Assembly (NCBI GenBank): GCA_905233865.1
Contig: CAJOGH010000007.1
Location: 3,276 to 27,595 of the forward strand
DNA from: an uncultured Atopobiaceae bacterium
Lineage (GTDB): Bacteria; Actinomycetota; Coriobacteriia; Coriobacteriales; Atopobiaceae
Length of the DNA: 24,320 nucleotides
Reading direction: 5' to 3'
Part shown: positions 8,703 to 16,672 of the stretch, piece by piece
Layout: the number at the start of each line of letters is the position of its first letter
How positions within the stretch are numbered: position 1 is the first letter of the stretch
Position numbers and translations under genes: made by a program
The notes under the pieces: model-generated
The model's database searches: none
The model's input: the letters and a program-made list of their open reading frames with translations, nothing else
Told to the model about the DNA's origin: nothing

Positions 8703-10178
8703 ATGCTCATCTACAACTCGCAGACGCACAAGAAGCAGGAGCTTGCGCCCATCGAGGAGGGCAAGATTCGCATGTACGTGTGCGGACCGACCGTCTATGA
8801 CCAGATCCACATAGGCAACGCGCGTACCTTCCTGTCTTTTGACGTCATCCGCCGCTACCTTATGTACAAGGGCTATCAGGTCACCTTTGCGCAGAACCTT
8901 ACCGACGTGGATGACAAGATCATCAACCGCGCCAACGAGACGGGCACCACGGCAGACGCAGTCGCCGAGGAGTTTTCCGCTGCCTTCATCGAGCAGATGC
9001 GCCGCTTTAACGTCCTTGACCCCGACATCCGCCCGCGCGCGACGCAGGAGATCGAGGCCATGATCGACATGATCTCGGGGCTTATCGACAAGAACCACGC
9101 GTATGCGGTGGAGAACGGCGACGTGTACTTCTCGGTGCGCTCCGACAACCACTACGGCGTGCTGTCCGGCCGCGACCTGGACCAGCTCATGGCCGGCGCG
9201 CGCGTGGAGGAGAACGACCTCAAGCGCGACCCCTTTGACTTTGCCCTGTGGAAGGCCGCCAAGCCCGGCGAGCCCAGCTGGCCCAGCCCCTGGGGCGACG
9301 GCCGCCCCGGCTGGCACACCGAGTGCTGCGCGATGATTCATCGCTACCTGGGCACGCCCATCGACATCCACGGCGGTGGAGCCGACCTGATCTTCCCGCA
9401 CCACGAGAACGAGGTCGCGCAGTGCATGTGCAACTGGAACACGGCGCTGGCCAACGTGTGGATGCACACGGGCATGCTGCGCGTGGACGGCGACAAGATG
9501 TCAAAGAGCCTGGGCAACTTTTACACGCTCAAGGAGGTCCTGGACTCCTATGACGCCGACGCGGTGCGCCTGCTCATGCTCCAGACCCACTACCGCACGC
9601 CTCTCGACTTCTCCTACGAGCGCCTTGACGGTGCCGTGGGCACGCTCGAGCGCTTGAACACCTGCGTGCAAAACCTGCGCTGGGCTGCGGAGCGCACCTC
9701 CAGCGAGCAGCGCGCCCTGGACGACACCGACCGCACCCTAGCCGAGGTCATCGATCAGACGAGGGCGGAGTTCGTGCGCTCCATGGACGACGACTTTAAC
9801 ACCGCGGGCGCGCTGGCCGCGCTGTTCCAGCTCGTGACCGCGGCCAACACCTACCTGGACCAGACGAGCTCGTCCGTCGCGTGCTCGGTGGCCGTGCGTG
9901 CCGCCGACACCCTCGTGGAGCTCTGCGACGTGCTGGGTATTTGCGTGGGAACCTCGGGCGACGAGCTGCCCGAGGGGCTGGTGGGCCTTGCGGCTGAGCT
10001 CGTGGGCTTTGACGGCACGGACGCTGGCGAGGCCGCGACCGTGCTGCTGGAGGCCCGCGGCGAGGCGCGTGCCAACAAGGACTGGGGTCGCGCCGACGCC
10101 ATCAGGGACGGCATCGCCGCCCTGGGCCTGGCAATCGAGGACACGCCTGCCGGTGCGCGCCTGCGCGCCCAGGACTAG
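8703..10178 (+). CDS. cysS: Cysteinyl-tRNA synthetase
   Basis: ATG after AAGGAG. Motifs [42 protein letters not shown] and KMSKSLGNF, with a C-terminal ADAIRD anticodon-binding helix. Confidence 0.97.
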   Translation: MLIYNSQTHKKQELAPIEEGKIRMYVCGPTVYDQIHIGNARTFLSFDVIRRYLMYKGYQVTFAQNLTDVDDKIINRANETGTTADAVAEEFSAAFIEQMRRFNVLDPDIRPRATQEIEAMIDMISGLIDKNHAYAVENGDVYFSVRSDNHYGVLSGRDLDQLMAGARVEENDLKRDPFDFALWKAAKPGEPSWPSPWGDGRPGWHTECCAMIHRYLGTPIDIHGGGADLIFPHHENEVAQCMCNWNTALANVWMHTGMLRVDGDKMSKSLGNFYTLKEVLDSYDADAVRLLMLQTHYRTPLDFSYERLDGAVGTLERLNTCVQNLRWAAERTSSEQRALDDTDRTLAEVIDQTRAEFVRSMDDDFNTAGALAALFQLVTAANTYLDQTSSSVACSVAVRAADTLVELCDVLGICVGTSGDELPEGLVGLAAELVGFDGTDAGEAATVLLEARGEARANKDWGRADAIRDGIAALGLAIEDTPAGARLRAQD

Positions 10179-10192
10179 TGGGGGAGAGACAC

Positions 10193-11119
10193 ATGGCTAA
10201 GTCTGACAGGGGCCGCGTGACCGGTCCGGGCCGCGCCGGAAAGATCGGCGCCTCGCTCGAGCACGGCCGGGGAGCCGGCAAGAAGCGTGGCCGCGCCCAG
10301 GGCAAGGGGCAGCGCCCGGGTCCCGGTCGCGGGTTTGACCGTGACCGCAGGCCGCGTCCGCAGGGACGCGGAGGTGCCGGCGTCATCGAGGGGCGCCGGG
10401 CCGTTGCCGAGGCGCTCGCTGCCGGCGTGCCACTCAAGCGCGCCTTTGTGGCTGCCTCTGCCACGGGGCGTGACCCCAAGCTCACCGGTCTTGTCGGCGA
10501 GCTCGAGGCTGCCGGCGTCACGGTTGACGAGGTGCCGCGCGAGCGCCTGGACCAACTCTCCAGCCACGGTGCCCACCAGGGCATCGTCGTGCGCACCGCT
10601 CCCTTTGAGTACGCGTCTTTGGCTGACGTCATCAAGGCGTCCGGCACCGGAGACGCGCTTGTGGTCCTCCTTGACCACGTGACCGACGAGGGCAACTTTG
10701 GCGCCATCGTCCGGAGTGCCGAGATCGTGGGTGCCACGGGCGTCGTGGTGCCTAAGGCCCGTTCCGCCCGTGTGGGCGCCGGTGCCTACAAGACCTCTGC
10801 CGGGGCCGTCATGCACCTGCCCATCGCGCAGGTGCCCAACATGGCTAGCGCCATCGACGAGCTCAAGGCCGCAGGCTTTTGGGTGGGCGGTGCCACCGAG
10901 CATGCCACCGACCTTGCCTGGGACGCCCCACTTGAGGGTCGCGTCGCCCTGGTCATGGGCTCGGAGGGCGAGGGCATCTCGCGACTCGTGCTCTCCAAGT
11001 GCGACTTCACCTGCAAGCTGCCCCAGCGCGGCACTATCGAGAGCCTCAACGTGGCGCAGGCCTGCACGGTCCTGTGCTACGAGTGGCTGCGTCGCTCCAC
11101 GCAAGCCGCGGAGGACTAG
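10193..11119 (+). CDS. rlmB: 23S rRNA (Gm2251) 2'-O-methyltransferase, SpoU/TrmH family, with basic G/R-rich N-terminal extension
   Basis: Motifs HQGIV, LDHVTDEGNFGAIVRSA, KTSAGA, VMGSEGEG and LPQRGTIESLNVA. Canonical position after cysS. Confidence 0.92.
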   Translation: MAKSDRGRVTGPGRAGKIGASLEHGRGAGKKRGRAQGKGQRPGPGRGFDRDRRPRPQGRGGAGVIEGRRAVAEALAAGVPLKRAFVAASATGRDPKLTGLVGELEAAGVTVDEVPRERLDQLSSHGAHQGIVVRTAPFEYASLADVIKASGTGDALVVLLDHVTDEGNFGAIVRSAEIVGATGVVVPKARSARVGAGAYKTSAGAVMHLPIAQVPNMASAIDELKAAGFWVGGATEHATDLAWDAPLEGRVALVMGSEGEGISRLVLSKCDFTCKLPQRGTIESLNVAQACTVLCYEWLRRSTQAAED

Positions 11120-11120
11120 G

Positions 11121-11663
11121 ATGGCCAAGGCACTGCCGCTGCTGGTCGTGGACGGCTACAACGTCATCCATGCCACGCCCCGCTATGAGCAGCTTGTTGA
11201 CGACGGCCCCCGCGGTCGCGGTGACGGCGACCCCTTTGACCGTGCCCGCGAGGCACTCCTGGCCGACGTCGCTGCCGCCGCGCTCCATCGCTTTGAGCCC
11301 GTCATCGTCTTTGACGGCGCGGGAAACCTCTCGCCGGACCGCCCCAACCTCACGCGGGGTGGCGTCAAGACCATCTTTAGCGCGACGGGGGAGAGCGCCG
11401 ACACCGTCATCGAGCGTCTGGTGAGCGAGGCGAGGCGCCAGGAGCGCGAGGTCACGCTCGTCACGTCCGACACGACCATCCGCGCCACGGTGGGAGGCCT
11501 TCCCATCACGGCAGTCTCCAGCGCGTTTTTGGCCTCGACCTTTGAGACGATAGACCACGAGCTTGACGTGGCCCGCGAGGAGCGCAGCCACGCGCGCATG
11601 ACGATAGAGGACCGGCTGAGTCCCGAGCAGCGCGCCAAGCTCAACAAGATGCTCGGTCGGTAG
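11121..11663 (+). CDS. NYN-domain endoribonuclease, YacP/Rae1-like
   Basis: Motifs LVVDGYNVI, VIVFDG, ESADTVIE and LVTSD carry the acidic PIN/NYN catalytic set. Same position as Bacillus yacP (after rlmB). Confidence 0.88.
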   Translation: MAKALPLLVVDGYNVIHATPRYEQLVDDGPRGRGDGDPFDRAREALLADVAAAALHRFEPVIVFDGAGNLSPDRPNLTRGGVKTIFSATGESADTVIERLVSEARRQEREVTLVTSDTTIRATVGGLPITAVSSAFLASTFETIDHELDVAREERSHARMTIEDRLSPEQRAKLNKMLGR

Positions 11664-11732
11664 CGCGCGTCGCGAATGTAATCAGTGGAATACAGGCGCG
11701 GGCCATGAGGGCTCGTGCGTGTAGAGTAGGTA

Positions 11733-11749
11733 TGCCTACGTCGTAGGCA
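11733..11749. promoter_or_regulatory. Perfect 8-1-8 palindrome, candidate operator
   Basis: TGCCTACG-T-CGTAGGCA lies just downstream of a -10-like TAGAGT (11722-11727) and 32 nt upstream of the next ATG. Confidence 0.45.
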
Positions 11750-11781
11750 CGAAGTTCTAGTGCAAGGAAGTGGAGTCAAAC

Positions 11782-12219
11782 ATGAACTGCCCCTATTGCG
11801 GCGCCGAGATCCTCGAGAACGCGAGCTTTTGCGTGTCGTGTGGCGCCCAGATCACCCGCGAGCCTGCCGCCCAGCCCCAGGCCCAGACCCAGACGACGGC
11901 CCCGGCCCAGCCCCAGGCACAGCCCGAGCAGCCCCAGACCACGGTCTACATCAATAACGCCCAGCCTGCCACGCCCGCGTTGTACGACAGGACCAACAGC
12001 GGTGGCCTGCTGCTTGCCGCCTTCATCCTCAACCTTCTCGCGACCATCGGCTTTGGCGTCCTCATCGTCCCGCTGGCGTGGATGATTCCCATGACGGTGC
12101 GCTCCTATGGCATCTACAAGGGCACCAAGCCCAACACGACTGGCTTTGCCGTCTGCACCCTGATCTTCCTGAACCTCATCAGTGGCATCCTCATGCTCGT
12201 TGCCGGCACCGAGGACTAA
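11782..12219 (+). CDS. Zinc-ribbon membrane protein with Pro/Gln/Ala-rich linker
   Basis: CPYC-x10-CVSC zinc ribbon, PAAQPQAQTQTTAPAQPQAQPEQPQ linker, and a C-terminal hydrophobic region of about 3 TM segments. RBS-like GGAG. Confidence 0.88.
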   Translation: MNCPYCGAEILENASFCVSCGAQITREPAAQPQAQTQTTAPAQPQAQPEQPQTTVYINNAQPATPALYDRTNSGGLLLAAFILNLLATIGFGVLIVPLAWMIPMTVRSYGIYKGTKPNTTGFAVCTLIFLNLISGILMLVAGTED

Positions 12220-12363
12220 CTGAGACAGGCCATGTCCCGCCTGAGGACGGCATGACAGCCTCGCGGTCCCAAGTTCCACATACGCAAGGCCCTGGCGCCC
12301 GTCACCCTAGTGGTGTCGGGCGCCATTGCATGGGGAATGAGCGACCGTCCCGCCCCGCATGAC

Positions 12364-12606
12364 GCCATCCCAGAGCGTCATCTCGTGCATTTGGGCTCGT
12401 TCTCGTTCCAAGTTACCCGCCAGGGTGGCAAAACTGCTCCTACTTCATGCTCTTCTCGCCATGCCGATAAGAGCGCAAGGCTGTGACCTTGTCTTTTATG
12501 AACAGACGGGCAGAGCGGCACCCGGGAAAGGGCGGAAAACGCCACCCTGGAGCGTTATATGGAACGGCGGAGGGCCGTTTTGCACGTAACGACGCTCTGG
12601 GGTGGC
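12364..12606. repeat. Pair of inverted 66-bp units (12364-12429 and 12541-12606) separated by 111 bp
   Basis: Unit 1 and the reverse complement of unit 2 align without gaps at 47/66 identity (hand count). Each unit has its own imperfect terminal inverted repeat (GCCACCCCAGAGCGT / ACGCTCCAGGGTGGC). Confidence 0.8.
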
Positions 12607-12691
12607 AAGCTGAAAGGCGCCTTGCCTCCGTCCTTCTGGCGCGTCCGGCCGACCACTCGCCGCAACCTTCTTACTTCCTTAAAGATTTGTG

Positions 12692-12719
12692 TTGCATTTG
12701 TGGTGAGAAGTCATATACT
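12692..12719 (+). promoter_or_regulatory. Sigma70-type promoter of the DUF5684-like gene
   Basis: TTGCAT-16 bp-TATACT in a locally AT-rich stretch, 45 nt upstream of the ATG. Confidence 0.6.
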
Positions 12720-12764
12720 TAAGCAACCTACAAACGTAGAAGCACATACCAGAAGGGAAGGATC

Positions 12765-13259
12765 ATGAACACCACTACTACGTTGTCCAACCAGGACGCC
12801 CTCATGGCGGCCAGCGCGATGGTCGGCGCATCATTTGGCGTTTTTGTCGCAATCGCAGTTGCCATTGGCATTTTGACCATCATCGCCGACTGGAAGATCT
12901 TCACCAAGGCCGGCGAGGCGGGCTGGAAGTCCATCATCCCCGTCTACAACCTCTACGTGCAGGCCAAGATCGCGTGGAAGAACACTGCCGGCTGCTACGT
13001 CTATGCCCTTGGCCTTTTTGTCATCTCCTTGCTCGGCAGCTTCATTACCCGTACCCAAGGTGACGCTGCTCCCGTGTTCAGCATGATTCTCGTCGTGTGC
13101 TTCATCGCCTGGTGCGTCCTGCACATCCTGGTCATGATCAAGCTCTCCAAGTCCTTTGGTAAGGGCGGCGGCTTTGCCTTTGGCCTCATCGTCTTCCCGA
13201 CCATCTTCACGCTGATCCTTGGCTTTGGTAGCGCCGAGTACGAGAGTGCCCAGGACTAG
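12765..13259 (+). CDS. Membrane protein, DUF5684-like
   Basis: RBS AAGGAAGG. Signature WKIFTKAGEAGWKSIIPVYNLY and KSFGKGGGFAFGLIVFP..F.LILGFG; about 4 TM segments. Confidence 0.82.
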   Translation: MNTTTTLSNQDALMAASAMVGASFGVFVAIAVAIGILTIIADWKIFTKAGEAGWKSIIPVYNLYVQAKIAWKNTAGCYVYALGLFVISLLGSFITRTQGDAAPVFSMILVVCFIAWCVLHILVMIKLSKSFGKGGGFAFGLIVFPTIFTLILGFGSAEYESAQD

Positions 13260-13261
13260 TC

Positions 13262-13270
13262 TGGTAGAAT
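13262..13270 (+). promoter_or_regulatory. Extended -10 promoter candidate for tRNA-Thr(TGT)
   Basis: TG-G-TAGAAT lies 30 nt upstream of the tRNA. No clear -35. Confidence 0.45.
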
Positions 13271-13300
13271 GACGGACGCACGGCCGAGCCGTGTAGCTAC

Positions 13301-13375
13301 GCTGGTGTAGCTCAATGGCAGAGCCCTGGTTTTGTAAACCAGTTGTTGTGGGTTCGACTCCCTCCACCAGCTCCA
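13301..13375 (+). tRNA. tRNA-Thr(TGT)
   Basis: Cloverleaf: acceptor GCTGGTG/CACCAGC, anticodon arm CTGGT-TTTGTAA-ACCAG, TTCGA T-loop, encoded CCA. The T-stem has one U-U mismatch. Confidence 0.95.
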
Positions 13376-13385
13376 GCGCATCCAC

Positions 13386-13419
13386 GAGCGCCGCATGGGC
13401 TATAGCCTGTGCGGCGCTC
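13386..13419 (+). terminator. Stem-loop after tRNA-Thr(TGT)
   Basis: GAGCGCCGCATGGGC-TATA-GCCTGTGCGGCGCTC is a 15-bp stem with two G-U pairs. Weak U-tail. Confidence 0.55.
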
Positions 13420-13481
13420 TACTTGTGAGCAGGCCATATGCAGGAATCGTGTTTGCGATACGCCCGGGTGCGGGGATTACG

Positions 13482-13510
13482 TTGACAAGTATTTGGCGCA
13501 GTCGTACTAT
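13482..13510 (+). promoter_or_regulatory. Strong sigma70-type promoter for the tRNA-Tyr/Thr/Met-tuf transcript
   Basis: TTGACA-17 bp-TACTAT, close to consensus. Confidence 0.85.
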
Positions 13511-13556
13511 TCTTTCGCTCGCAAGGGTCAGACCTTGTGGCGCTTGAAAACAGAAT

Positions 13557-13636
13557 GGGGATGTGGCACAGCGGCAACTGCGGCGGACTGTAAATCCGCT
13601 CCTTCGGGTTCCCTGGTTCGAGTCCAGGCATCCCCA
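13557..13636 (+). tRNA. tRNA-Tyr(GTA)
   Basis: Acceptor GGGGATG/CATCCCC, anticodon arm GCGGA-CTGTAAA-TCCGC, long variable arm with TTCG. The full CCA is not encoded (ACCC follows). Confidence 0.95.
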
Positions 13637-13641
13637 CCCTC

Positions 13642-13717
13642 GCCCGTGTAGCTCAGTAGGTAGAGCACTTCGTTGGTAACGAAGAGGTCACCGGTTCAAA
13701 TCCGGTCGCGGGCTCCA
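13642..13717 (+). tRNA. tRNA-Thr(GGT)
   Basis: Acceptor GCCCGTG/CGCGGGC, anticodon arm CTTCG-TTGGTAA-CGAAG, CCA encoded. Confidence 0.96.
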
Positions 13718-13727
13718 TTTCAAGCTT

Positions 13728-13804
13728 GGCGGTGTAGCTCAGTTGGTCAGAGCACGCGGTTCATACCCGCGGCGTCACTGGTTCGAATCCAGTCACCGCT
13801 ACCA
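13728..13804 (+). tRNA. tRNA-Met(CAT), elongator type
   Basis: Acceptor GGCGGTG/CACCGCT, anticodon arm CGCGG-TTCATAC-CCGCG. It lacks the initiator features (C1-A72 mismatch, three consecutive G-C pairs). CCA encoded. Confidence 0.92.
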
Positions 13805-13894
13805 AGGCAATGAGCGGCACGAGTATTCGTGCCGCTTGGCATATCCATGTAAGGCGGAACGGCCGGATGGCCATTCCACGTAAGGAGGTTGGCA

Positions 13895-15085
13895 ATGGCC
13901 AAGGAGAAGTTTGAGCGCACTAAGCCTCACGTTAACATCGGCACCATCGGTCACGTTGACCACGGTAAGACCACGCTGACTGCAGCGATCACCAAGGTCC
14001 TCTCTGAGACCGACGGCTGCAAGGCTGACTTCACCGCGTTCGAGGACATCGACAAGGCTCCCGAGGAGCGCGAGCGTGGTATTACCATCTCCGTCGCTCA
14101 CGTTGAGTACGAGACTGCCGAGCGCCACTACGCTCACGTTGACTGCCCCGGCCACGCCGACTACGTCAAGAACATGATCTCCGGTGCCGCTCAGATGGAC
14201 GGCGCCATCCTGGTCATCGCCGCCACCGACGGCCCCATGGCTCAGACCCGCGAGCACATCCTCCTGGCCCGTCAGGTCGGCGTGCCCTACATCGTCGTCT
14301 TCCTGAACAAGTGCGACATGGTTGACGACGACGAGCTCATCGAGCTCGTCGAGATGGAGACCCGTGAGCTCCTCTCCGAGTACGACTTCCCCGGCGACGA
14401 CATCCCCGTCATCCGTGGCTCCGCTCTTGGCGCCCTCAACGGCGAGGAGAAGTGGGTCGAGGCCATCAAGGAGCTCATGCACCAGGTCGACACCTACATC
14501 CCCACGCCCGCCCGTGACAACGAGAAGCCCTTCCTGATGGCCATCGAGGACGTCATGACCATCTCCGGTCGTGGTACCGTCGCCACCGGTCGTGTCGAGC
14601 GCGGTCAGCTCAACCTCAACGATACCGTCGAGATCGTCGGCATCCGTGAGACCCAGGACACCGTTGCCACCGGCATCGAGATGTTCCGCAAGACCATGGA
14701 CTTCTGCGAGGCTGGCGACAACGTGGGCATCCTGCTCCGCGGCATCAAGCGCGAGGAGATCGAGCGCGGCCAGGTTCTCTGCAAGCCCGGCTCGGTGACC
14801 CCCCACAAGAAGTTCACCGGCGAGGTCTACGTCCTCACCAAGGAGGAGGGCGGCCGTCACACCCCGTTCTTCAACGGCTACCGTCCCCAGTTCTACTTCC
14901 GTACCACCGACGTTACCGGCACCATCGACCTGCCCGAGGGCGTCGAGATGGCTATGCCCGGCGACCACGTGACGATCACCGGTGAGCTCATTCACCCGAT
15001 CGCCATGGAGGAGGGCCTCCGCTTCGCTATCCGCGAGGGTGGCCACACCGTCGGCGACGGCCGTGTCTCCTCGATCATCGAGTAG
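13895..15085 (+). CDS. tuf: Elongation factor Tu
   Basis: [39 protein letters not shown] and RHTPFF; strong RBS TAAGGAGG. Confidence 0.99.
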   Translation: MAKEKFERTKPHVNIGTIGHVDHGKTTLTAAITKVLSETDGCKADFTAFEDIDKAPEERERGITISVAHVEYETAERHYAHVDCPGHADYVKNMISGAAQMDGAILVIAATDGPMAQTREHILLARQVGVPYIVVFLNKCDMVDDDELIELVEMETRELLSEYDFPGDDIPVIRGSALGALNGEEKWVEAIKELMHQVDTYIPTPARDNEKPFLMAIEDVMTISGRGTVATGRVERGQLNLNDTVEIVGIRETQDTVATGIEMFRKTMDFCEAGDNVGILLRGIKREEIERGQVLCKPGSVTPHKKFTGEVYVLTKEEGGRHTPFFNGYRPQFYFRTTDVTGTIDLPEGVEMAMPGDHVTITGELIHPIAMEEGLRFAIREGGHTVGDGRVSSIIE

Positions 15086-15108
15086 CACAGCCTCAAACGG
15101 CATTGCCG

Positions 15109-15141
15109 GAGCCGGGTCCGTACGGGCCCGGCTCTTTTTTT
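15109..15141 (+). terminator. Rho-independent terminator after tuf
   Basis: GAGCCGGGTCC-GTAC-GGGCCCGGCTC followed by T7. Confidence 0.9.
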
Positions 15142-15154
15142 GTTCCGCCAGGCG

Positions 15155-15211
15155 GGCGACAAGAGCCTCGTGTCTGGCTCGTAGACGATCCTGTGGTAGG
15201 CTCTTGTCGGC
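15155..15211. repeat. Short inverted-repeat element of the GGCGACAAGAGC family
   Basis: 14-bp arms GGCGACAAGAGCCT (15155-15168) and AGGCTCTTGTCGGC (15198-15211) pair at 13/14. GTAG overlaps the right arm (15196-15199). Confidence 0.7.
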
Positions 15212-15269
15212 CACGTGGTGGCTAGTTGTGAGAAAGTTCTGTTGCCAGGCACCATATGGGGCCCGGAAG

Positions 15270-15298
15270 TTGAAATCCCCTGCGAGAGGTGATAATGT
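15270..15298 (+). promoter_or_regulatory. Promoter candidate for rpmG-tRNA-Trp-secE-nusG
   Basis: TTGAAA-17 bp-TAATGT with an extended TG at 15290-15291. Confidence 0.55.
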
Positions 15299-15357
15299 TG
15301 CAACTCGCGCCACTGCCAAGAGGTTGTGGCAGAGGCATATCATCAGGAGGACGACTA

Positions 15358-15507
15358 ATGCGTACTATGGTTACTCTCGCCTGCACCGAGTGCAAGCGTA
15401 GGAACTACACTACGGACAAGAACAAGAGCAACAACCCTGAGCGCATGGAGCTCAAGAAGTACTGCCCTTGGTGCCACAAGCACACCGTCCACAAGGAGAC
15501 CCGCTAA
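15358..15507 (+). CDS. rpmG: 50S ribosomal protein L33 (zinc-binding C+ form)
   Basis: [17 protein letters not shown]...[21 protein letters not shown] with two CxxC motifs; RBS AGGAGG. Confidence 0.97.
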   Translation: MRTMVTLACTECKRRNYTTDKNKSNNPERMELKKYCPWCHKHTVHKETR

Positions 15508-15519
15508 GGGTTCCCACAC

Positions 15520-15595
15520 AGGCCAGTAGCTCCAATGGTAGAGCGGCGGTCTCCAAAACCGTTTGTTGTGGGTTCGAGTCCTACCTGGCCTGCCA
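15520..15595 (+). tRNA. tRNA-Trp(CCA)
   Basis: Acceptor AGGCCAG/CTGGCCT, anticodon loop CTCCAAA, CCA encoded. Canonical position between rpmG and secE. Confidence 0.96.
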
Positions 15596-15670
15596 GTAAT
15601 CTCCCCGGTCCGCCCCGAAAGGGGCGGTCGGTTTGTACGATAGGGTTTGTCGATCCAGAGAGGACCAGGA

Positions 15671-16030
15671 ATGGCAAACAAGGACCGGAACAAGAGGAGC
15701 GCGCGTAAGGCGCGTGCCGCCAAGCGCGCGGAGGCCGAGGCTAGGGCCGCCGAGGCTGGTTCCGAGATTACCGAGGACAAGGCTCCTGCGAAGGCCGTTG
15801 CCAAGGAGAAGAAGGCTGCCAAGGGCAAGCCCGGTCTCTTTGGCCGCATCAAGAACTACTTTGGCGCCGTCCGCACCGAGATGCACCGCGTCGTGTGGCC
15901 GTCCCGCAAGGAGCTCAAGGACTACACCATCGGCGTGCTCATCATGCTCGTCATCTTTGGCATCTGCATCTGGGCCGTTGACAACCTGGTCGTGCTCGGT
16001 CTTACGAGCTTTGCCTCGCTGAGGGGGTAA
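15671..16030 (+). CDS. secE: Preprotein translocase subunit SecE with Lys/Ala-rich N-terminal extension
   Basis: EMHRVVWPSRKEL motif followed by a single TM segment; upstream of nusG. Confidence 0.95.
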   Translation: MANKDRNKRSARKARAAKRAEAEARAAEAGSEITEDKAPAKAVAKEKKAAKGKPGLFGRIKNYFGAVRTEMHRVVWPSRKELKDYTIGVLIMLVIFGICIWAVDNLVVLGLTSFASLRG

Positions 16031-16033
16031 CCC

Positions 16034-16576
16034 ATGGCTAAGCGCTGGTACGTCATTCACACCTACTCTGGCTTTGAGGACAAGGTCCGCGAGACCCTCC
16101 GTCATCGCATCGAGACCTATGGTCTTGAGCGTCAGATCGTTGACATCCAGATCCCCACGGAGGAGGTCACCGAGCTCAAGGAGGGTGGTAAGCGCGAGAC
16201 CAAGGTCACCAAGGTCTTCCCGGGCTACGTCCTCGTCCGCATGGAGATGGACGACAACGCCTGGAGCGTCGTGCGCAACACGCAGGGCGTCACCGGCTTT
16301 GTTGGCATCGACGGCAAGCCCGAGCCCCTCACGCGCGAGGAGTACAACAAGATCATGCGTCGTACGTCGCGCAACGTGGGCCACACCCCCAAGCGCACCT
16401 CCACGTCGCTTGAGGTCGGTCAGACCATTCGCGTCGTCTCCGGCCCGCTTGCCGACTTTGACGGTCAGGTCTCCGAGGTCATCCCCGAGACCGGCAAGGT
16501 CAAGGTCATGCTCACCATCTTTGGTCGCGAGACGCCCGTGGAGCTCACGCTCGACCAGGTTGCGAGCATCAGCTAG
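16034..16576 (+). CDS. nusG: Transcription termination/antitermination factor NusG
   Basis: RWYVIHTYSGFE, KVFPGYVLV and VRNTQGVTGFVG; KOW domain SGPLADFDG and TIFGRETPVEL. Confidence 0.98.
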   Translation: MAKRWYVIHTYSGFEDKVRETLRHRIETYGLERQIVDIQIPTEEVTELKEGGKRETKVTKVFPGYVLVRMEMDDNAWSVVRNTQGVTGFVGIDGKPEPLTREEYNKIMRRTSRNVGHTPKRTSTSLEVGQTIRVVSGPLADFDGQVSEVIPETGKVKVMLTIFGRETPVELTLDQVASIS

Positions 16577-16672
16577 GAACACCCCGCGCGCCGCTCATTC
16601 GGTGAGGAATGCTTCTGGGTGACGCGCTTGCGATTAGTAGTAACTACGTCAGGTTTGTAAGGAAGGTTCATC

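Noticed and set aside
8668-8830. T-box leader for cysS, and the HIGN variant of the HIGH motif
   Set aside because: Only 35 nt separate ispF and cysS, leaving no room for a T-box. HIGN is a common CysRS variant.
10193-10380. G/R-rich N-terminal extension of RlmB; likewise the K/A-rich extension of SecE and the Ser-rich tail of ClpC
   Set aside because: Low-complexity basic extensions are common on these proteins in high-GC Gram-positive bacteria, and nothing here indicates a distinct domain.
3572-11735. Shared 10-mer GTAGGTATGC upstream of clpC (3572) and of the zinc-ribbon gene (11726)
   Set aside because: There are only two copies and both overlap -10-like hexamers, so promoter composition or chance is sufficient.
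12220-12768. Short ORFs in the zinc-ribbon/DUF5684 spacer (12359-12589, 12483-12722, 12559-12768)
   Set aside because: They have no RBS or motif support and lack the GC3 codon bias of real genes. They run across the inverted repeats and the promoter.
11664-13375. Prophage or genomic island integrated at tRNA-Thr
   Set aside because: No integrase is present, I found no duplicated tRNA 3' end (att site), and the two genes are short ordinary membrane proteins.
13799-15343. 514-aa ORF antisense to tuf, and similar long - strand ORFs opposite IIC-2, clpC, disA, rlmB, rplA, rplJL, the dipeptidase and the LtaS-like gene
   Set aside because: These are shadow ORFs. In GC3-rich genes the antisense frame lacks stop codons. 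The translations have no recognisable motifs and overlap well-supported + strand genes.
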